From NCBI GenBank assembly GCA_902537945.1, contig CACBDG010000007.1, forward strand, positions 3,355 through 67,354: a stretch of 64,000 bases of DNA, written 5' to 3'. Position numbers and translations under genes: made by a program. The DNA is from an uncultured SAR116 cluster alpha proteobacterium. GTDB taxonomy: Bacteria > Pseudomonadota > Alphaproteobacteria > Puniceispirillales > Marisalimonadaceae. The notes below the pieces were generated by a model. It worked only from the letters and a program-made list of their open reading frames with translations, searched no databases and had not been told where the DNA came from. Below, piece by piece: positions 58,456 to 64,000 of this stretch. Within the stretch, counting starts at the first letter, position 1. Every line of letters begins with the position of its first letter.

Positions 58456-58641
58456 ATGAAAAAACAAATTATTGGCTGGATTATAGTTGCATCTGCATTT
58501 ATGTGGGGCATATTAAGATGGATAGATTTAGTTGAACCCAATTTTGTAATAAATTTTTTTGCCATTGGTGGCTTCTGCTTTGGAGTTTACCTTACTAAAG
58601 ATCCAAATGAAGAAAATGATGAATTTAAATCTAATAATTAG
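58456..58641 (+). CDS. Small two-TM protein
   Basis: 61 aa; similar to 55518-55691. Confidence 0.65.
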   Translation: MKKQIIGWIIVASAFMWGILRWIDLVEPNFVINFFAIGGFCFGVYLTKDPNEENDEFKSNN

Positions 58642-58678
58642 CACTTAAATTTTAGGAAAATTTAAATTTGAGACCGAA

Positions 58679-58846
58679 ATGACCAAAAGGGATTATCCAA
58701 AAGAAATCAGCCAAGATGAGTGGCTAAAAAGACAAAATTATTTTCTTGAAGAACAAAACAAGAGACTAAAAAGTGAATTAGCTGAAGCTAAGGAATATAT
58801 AAATTTCCTTATTAACAAATTGAAGCTATATCAATCAAAACATTAA
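58679..58846 (+). CDS. Small coiled-coil protein (55 aa, absent from ORF track)
   Basis: MTKRDYPKEISQDEWLKRQNYFLEEQNKRLKSELAEAKEYINFLINKLKLYQSKH. Confidence 0.5.
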   Translation: MTKRDYPKEISQDEWLKRQNYFLEEQNKRLKSELAEAKEYINFLINKLKLYQSKH

Positions 58847-58859
58847 CCTGGAGACAAAA

Positions 58860-59240
58860 ATGACGCTAACGAGTATTCTGATATTATCTTTTCTATTAGT
58901 CCTGATCCAAATTACCATACCTGTACTAATAAGCCTGTTAACAAATAATGTAAAATTATCTTATTTATTCTCTTCCAGAGATAATGCAACAAATACTTCA
59001 ATATATATAGATAGAGCTTATAGGTCATTAAAAAATTTATATGAAACACTACCAATATTTATTGGATTAATTCTTTTATCAATTTTTAATGATGTAGATA
59101 ACTCTTTACTAGCAATGATCTGGTTATTAGCGAGAATAATTTATGTTCCGGTATATATTGCTGGAATAAATTATGTTAGGACAGGCATTTGGGTAATTGC
59201 TCTTATATGTTTAATTATAATGAGTGTTAACTTTTTATAA
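58860..59240 (+). CDS. MAPEG family membrane protein
   Basis: RAYRSLKNLYETLPIF, ARIIYVPVY. Confidence 0.85.
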   Translation: MTLTSILILSFLLVLIQITIPVLISLLTNNVKLSYLFSSRDNATNTSIYIDRAYRSLKNLYETLPIFIGLILLSIFNDVDNSLLAMIWLLARIIYVPVYIAGINYVRTGIWVIALICLIIMSVNFL

Positions 59241-59244
59241 GAAT

Positions 59245-59541
59245 TTAAGAATTTGTATCAACTATAACCTTACCACTATAAACAACTTCTTTAGGGGATA
59301 AGGAATTAGGAATAGAATTATGTTTTGACAAGTAAGATCTAATTTCCTTCAAATGTTTTTCATCGTCATATTTCCAAATACTTGTCACTTGGTTTTTAAG
59401 TGAGATATTTTGTATCATTGTAAAATTTACTTTAAGTTTATCTTTAAGCGCATCTTCATAAATCTTTTGAGAAATAGCAATAAACATTTCTGCATGTTGT
59501 TCGTTTTGGAATGTTCTAACTGTTATTCTTATTATAGACAT
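59245..59541 (-). CDS. Hypothetical protein, probable alpha+beta barrel
   Basis: 98-aa ORF; TSIWKYDDEKH resembles the 42605-42931 protein. Confidence 0.65.
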   Translation of the reverse strand: MSIIRITVRTFQNEQHAEMFIAISQKIYEDALKDKLKVNFTMIQNISLKNQVTSIWKYDDEKHLKEIRSYLSKHNSIPNSLSPKEVVYSGKVIVDTNS

Positions 59542-59640
59542 TAAAATATTCTATAAACTGATTACAAGAAATTCAAATATTTTATATAATACTACTTAAG
59601 TTTGAAATTTTTATATGTAATGAAAAGTATTGAGGTATAA

Positions 59641-60615
59641 ATGGCCAAAGCAATAGTCTTAAGAGAACACGGTAATTCTAATGTTTTAAAATTAGAAGAC
59701 ATTGAAATCAAAAAACCAAAAGAAAATGAACTCCTTATAAGACAAACAGCAATAGGAGTTCATTTTCATGATATTTATGTAAGATCTGGGCTTTATAAAA
59801 CGCTTGAGCTTCCTGGAATACCAGGCCTTGAAGCAGTTGGCATAATAGAAGAAATAGGAGCAGGTATAGATAACTTTAAAAAAGGTGATAAAATAGGATA
59901 TATTACAAAAAATTATGGCGCATACTCAAGCCACAGGATTTTAGATAAAAATCTGGCTGTTAAGATTCCTGATTTTATATCAGATGAAATAATGGCAACA
60001 AATTTTTCGAGAGCAATAACAGTACAAATGTTAATAGATCAAGTTACGAAATTAGATGATTCTGATACTGTTTTAATTACCGCGGCTACAGGCGGTATAG
60101 GAAGAATTTTTTCTCAATGTGCAAAATCAAAAGGAGCTATTGTTATTGGAACTGTTGGAAGTAATGAAAAAATTTCTACCGCAAAGTCTTATGGATGTGA
60201 TTATACACTTACTTATGACCAAAAAGATTTTACCAAAAAAGTAATGGAATTTACCAATGGGAAAGGTGTAGACAAAGTTTTTGATTCTGTAGGTAAAGAT
60301 ACATTTGAAAATTCGCTTAGGAGTATTAAAGTTTGTGGGCATTTAATAAATTTTGGACAATCATCTGGACCAATCGATCCAATTTCAATGTCTATTTTAG
60401 CTAGTAAATCACTAACAATTTCAAGACCTATTTTATTTGATTATATTTCTGACTCACCTTTATACAAAAAAATGGCCAATTCAGTTTTTCAAGCATTAAA
60501 AAATAATAAAATTACATTGCCAGAATTTCAACCTTTTAAACTTAAAGATGCCAACTTAGCACATAATATGTTAGAATCTAGAAGTGGTGGCGGAAGTGTA
60601 TATTTGGAGCCTTGA
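59641..60615 (+). CDS. qor: Quinone oxidoreductase (MDR family)
   Basis: RSGLY, PGLEAVG, AATGGIG, GKGVDKVFDSVG, FGQSSG. Confidence 0.85.
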   Translation: MAKAIVLREHGNSNVLKLEDIEIKKPKENELLIRQTAIGVHFHDIYVRSGLYKTLELPGIPGLEAVGIIEEIGAGIDNFKKGDKIGYITKNYGAYSSHRILDKNLAVKIPDFISDEIMATNFSRAITVQMLIDQVTKLDDSDTVLITAATGGIGRIFSQCAKSKGAIVIGTVGSNEKISTAKSYGCDYTLTYDQKDFTKKVMEFTNGKGVDKVFDSVGKDTFENSLRSIKVCGHLINFGQSSGPIDPISMSILASKSLTISRPILFDYISDSPLYKKMANSVFQALKNNKITLPEFQPFKLKDANLAHNMLESRSGGGSVYLEP

Positions 60616-60648
60616 AAAAGTTTTTGTTAACATAGAAAATTAAAAATC

Positions 60649-61536
60649 ATGAAATTAGATACTTGGAAAAATCCCGAAGCGATTGTTAGCTGTGAATGGT
60701 TAAGCCAAAATCTTAATAACGATAATATAAGAATATATGATTGTACAACCTATCTACATTATAGAGACAATGACCCAACCTTACCCTACTTTGTAGAAAG
60801 TGGTAGAGAAAGTTATGAACTTTGTAATATTACGAATTCTAGTTTCTTAGATCTTCATTTAGATTTATCAGATAAAGCCAGTCCGTTTAGATTTACATTG
60901 CCTAAACTTGAAATTCTTGCTGATAGTTTTAAAAAACAGGGAATTGGAAGTGATTATGATGTAATTCTCTACTCAAGGAATGGAGCACAATGGTCTTCAC
61001 GTATTTGGTGGATGTTAAGAGCTGTTGGATTTGATAGAGCAAGCATATTAGATGGTGGATTTAATCAGTGGCAAAAAATGAACTTACCTACTTCAAAAGG
61101 TAATTTGACTTTCTCAAAATCTGATTTTGTTTTTTCACCAAGAAATGATATTTTTGTAAATAAAGATGCAGTTCTTGAAGCCATGAATAATCCAAAGTTT
61201 ATAATATTAAATTCTTTAACTGCCGATATCCATAATGGTGAAAACCCGAGGTATGGAAGACTTGGTAGAATCCCTACAAGTGTAAATATACCATTTCATG
61301 AATTACTTGATAGTGAAACAGGGAAATTTAAAAAATTTGATGAATTATTAAAAATTTTTAAAGTCAATAACATATCTAGAGATAGCTGTGTTTTAAATTA
61401 CTGTGGTGGCGGTATTGCCGCATCTTTAGAGGCATTTGTACTATATCAATTAGGTTTTGAAAATATTACAATTTATGATAATTCCCTCCACGAATGGGCA
61501 GCTATTGATCAAACCTTACCAATGGAGAATAATTAA
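60649..61536 (+). CDS. Sulfurtransferase (tandem rhodanese, SseA-like)
   Basis: RIWWML, LDGG, GRIP, active-site YCGGGIAA, YDNSLHEW. Confidence 0.9.
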   Translation: MKLDTWKNPEAIVSCEWLSQNLNNDNIRIYDCTTYLHYRDNDPTLPYFVESGRESYELCNITNSSFLDLHLDLSDKASPFRFTLPKLEILADSFKKQGIGSDYDVILYSRNGAQWSSRIWWMLRAVGFDRASILDGGFNQWQKMNLPTSKGNLTFSKSDFVFSPRNDIFVNKDAVLEAMNNPKFIILNSLTADIHNGENPRYGRLGRIPTSVNIPFHELLDSETGKFKKFDELLKIFKVNNISRDSCVLNYCGGGIAASLEAFVLYQLGFENITIYDNSLHEWAAIDQTLPMENN

Positions 61537-62121
61537 ATTTTAAAATGTTCTTTTGTTGAAGGTCCAATCTTACATAGATTAAAATACGGTAAAGGTAGAG
61601 GCCAAAACCTTGCTAAAGCTGTTGGTATGAAATCTAATAAAAATAGAAACATAGTAGATGCAACAGCTGGACTAGGATACGACGCATTTATTCTTGCCTC
61701 TATTGGTGCCAAAGTCACGTTAATTGAACGATCCGACAAAATGTATGAAATACTACAAAATGGTATCAATGAAGGAGTATCATTTGGCGGTGAAATTGAG
61801 AAAATAATAAATAGAATGGATTTATTATTTGGAGACTCTAAAGATATTTTACCAAAGCTATCTCCTGAGGTTATTATGATCGATACAATGTATAAAGACA
61901 GAAAGAAAACAGCTCTTGTTAAAAATAATATGAGGTTAGTTAGAGATATAGTAGGACCTGATTCTGATTATATTGAGCTTTTGGAAGTTGCTTTAAGTTG
62001 TGCCAAGAACAGGGTAGTTCTCAAACAACCTAGATATGCTGATCCAATTAGAGAGATTAGAAAATGCTCTCACCAGATTTTAGGAAAAAGTATACGCTAT
62101 GATATATTTATGACCAATTAG
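61537..62121 (+). CDS. rsmJ: RsmJ-like SAM-dependent methyltransferase; probable ATT start
   Basis: Upstream extension SFVEGPILHRLKYGKGRGQNLAKAVG; VDATAGLGYDAF, KNRVVLKQP, IRYDIF. Confidence 0.8.
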   Translation: MLKCSFVEGPILHRLKYGKGRGQNLAKAVGMKSNKNRNIVDATAGLGYDAFILASIGAKVTLIERSDKMYEILQNGINEGVSFGGEIEKIINRMDLLFGDSKDILPKLSPEVIMIDTMYKDRKKTALVKNNMRLVRDIVGPDSDYIELLEVALSCAKNRVVLKQPRYADPIREIRKCSHQILGKSIRYDIFMTN

Positions 62122-62229
62122 CTTTTTACATTAAGAAATGATTTGTGGTATTGAAAGTATAATCTAAATATTTTTAAAAGAAAATTAAATTTTCTTATTA
62201 GTTAGACGTATTAATTAAGTATATAAATT

Positions 62230-62760
62230 TTGGAATTTTTAATGATGAAAATATTTTTTTTAATATTATTGTTCATTTTTTTATCTGGTTGTTTTCATGA
62301 AACATCATATATAAGTAGATATGGTCAAAGTATTGTATTAAATCCAAAGGAAGCTCAAAAAAATATCGAAACAATTTCTGACCAAAAATTAACCAATCCT
62401 GACAAGCCTAATATATCTTTATCAAAAAAAGACATAAACTATTCTAATAAATTTCAAAATATTGATTTCTCTTCTAGTAGATTTCTAAAAGGTAATCCTA
62501 ATTGTATAAGTATAATCAGAGTAAGAGTTCTTGGTAGTTTAAGCTATGATGAATTAATGTACGAACTTAAAAAAAGAGCTGCTACTATGGGTGGCAATGC
62601 CATTGGAATCAATGATTTAAAAGAAAATAAAGAAATTATTTACGCTGATAAAGAAATTAAAGGAAAAAATATTTTGGACGTACGTTACGCATTCATGAAA
62701 CAGACTAATTTACTATCAAGTGTAACTGCTGATATTTTTAGATGTAAATCAGATACATAA
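62230..62760 (+). CDS. Hypothetical lipoprotein
   Basis: Lipobox LSGC; ELKKRAATMGGNAI. Confidence 0.7.
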   Translation: MEFLMMKIFFLILLFIFLSGCFHETSYISRYGQSIVLNPKEAQKNIETISDQKLTNPDKPNISLSKKDINYSNKFQNIDFSSSRFLKGNPNCISIIRVRVLGSLSYDELMYELKKRAATMGGNAIGINDLKENKEIIYADKEIKGKNILDVRYAFMKQTNLLSSVTADIFRCKSDT

Positions 62761-62801
62761 TCAAAAGTTTTTTTTTCTTAAAAAAATACTATAATTATAA
62801 A

Positions 62802-63005
62802 ATGAGATTTTTCATTTTAATATTATGTTTTTTACTCCCCTTTACGTTAGCTTATTTGATCAAAGGTGCTCATTTAAGTATTTTTGCGACTATTATAATA
62901 ATAATTTTATTCACTATTCTAATACTTAGTTATCTAAATAAAAATAATAATAGTGCTCAATTTTCTTTGAAAAGTTTCTTTTTCAAAACAAAGAAAAAAA
63001 ATTAA
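62802..63005 (+). CDS. Small membrane protein
   Basis: Two hydrophobic segments. Confidence 0.45.
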   Translation: MRFFILILCFLLPFTLAYLIKGAHLSIFATIIIIILFTILILSYLNKNNNSAQFSLKSFFFKTKKKN

Positions 63006-63007
63006 GC

Positions 63008-63415
63008 TTAAGTTAATGTATTAACTAAATTCATAGCTATTGCAGTACAGCTAACAGATGAGCCAATCATAATAGCCCTATCGCCCCATTGCATTCCAAC
63101 ATAAATCCAACCGATACAACTAACTATATAAGCTATCTGTCCATAGAGAATAAAAGATGCACTTATTAAAAAAATACCTGCAACTGCTAAAAGCATAGAA
63201 ATCCACTTTACGTACCAGTCTGTAGTACCCGTTGGAGTTGTAGGTTTAATTTCATCATACTCAGTCTGAAGTTCTTCCAACTCTTGCTTAAGTCTTTTTT
63301 TCTCATGTGACAATTCCATTGCCAATCTTCCAGCTTTTGTCATGGAGCTTCCTGCAAGAGGAGTATTAGTGTCATTAGGTTGATCAGAGATTACAGTAAT
63401 GTTTTTATCTTCCAT
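63008..63415 (-). CDS. Hypothetical membrane protein with coiled coil
   Basis: DWYVKW...WGDRA; GAGG RBS. Confidence 0.7.
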   Translation of the reverse strand: MEDKNITVISDQPNDTNTPLAGSSMTKAGRLAMELSHEKKRLKQELEELQTEYDEIKPTTPTGTTDWYVKWISMLLAVAGIFLISASFILYGQIAYIVSCIGWIYVGMQWGDRAIMIGSSVSCTAIAMNLVNTLT

Positions 63416-63540
63416 TTTATTTACCTCAGATAATAGTGAGTACTTCTTTTAAGTTATTTTAAAAATTTGTCAAAATTTAGTTTAAAAATTTTTGAATTAA
63501 CATAAAATATTTATTTTAAATAAATCTGAGGAATAGTTTT

Positions 63541-64000
63541 ATGAAATGGGAGAGTGGGACTTTACTGCATATACATATCGCTCCTAAAGCTTCAGCTGAT
63601 ATGGTAGAATTAGAAGAAGCAGAATTAGTTGAAGGAAAAGGCATTGTTAATGATCGATACTATAACCAAACAGGTACATATTCACCAAAACCAGACATAA
63701 GGGATATAACTCTAATAGAAAATGAAGTTCTAGATGCATTGGCAGTAAATCAACCGCCGCTTCAAGAAAAGCCTATATTTTTGAAACCAATAGAGCATAG
63801 AAGAAATTTAACAACTTCTGGTGTTCCACTTAATTATCTAGTTGGAAAAAAATTCAAAGTTGGTGATGTTATTTTACTTGGTGGAAGGCTTAACTTTCCA
63901 TGTAAATATCTTGCTGATCTTCTTAAAAAACCACTTGTTCTGCCATTATATAATAGATCTGGTCTCAATTGCTCCATAGTTAAGGGAGGTATAATTAAAA
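63541..64000 (+). CDS. MOSC domain protein (3' end outside the window)
   Basis: Manual translation GKGIVNDRY, ITLIENE, RRNLTTSG, FPCKYL, RSGLN; GAGGA RBS. Confidence 0.88.
   Translation, partial: MKWESGTLLHIHIAPKASADMVELEEAELVEGKGIVNDRYYNQTGTYSPKPDIRDITLIENEVLDALAVNQPPLQEKPIFLKPIEHRRNLTTSGVPLNYLVGKKFKVGDVILLGGRLNFPCKYLADLLKKPLVLPLYNRSGLNCSIVKGGIIK

Overview
AT-rich, compact alphaproteobacterial chromosome segment, probably from a streamlined marine lineage (inferred from gene content and order). 1-7.4 kb: a TRAP solute-binding protein and a small catabolic cluster. 7.4-37 kb: core genes (hemYDC, tsaD-gpsA, a lipid A modification trio, kdsB-pheA-ffs-dnaX-recR, def-fmt-truA, dapED, argB-engB-yidCD-rnpA-rpmH, gpt). 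At 37,092 a tRNA-Arg(ACG) gene is the target of at least three integrative islands in tandem, at increasing stages of decay. Island 1 (7.08 kb) has an intact tyrosine integrase, a 62-bp att core, arm-type repeats and an IHF site. Island 2 (3.8 kb) has no integrase but carries a different set of arm repeats. Island 3 (3.3 kb) is a decayed relative of island 1. The best novelty candidate is a ~345-nt non-coding segment in island 1 (40249-40593). By hand it folds into a nested multi-helix RNA with two pseudoknots, and its G-U pairs favour the + strand. Four conserved genes (hemD, dnaX, rsmJ, a DUF5989-like gene) appear to need ATT/ATA start codons. The remainder (51.4-64 kb) is a small-gene-rich accessory region. 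All calls come from reading the sequence by eye; no database searches were run.
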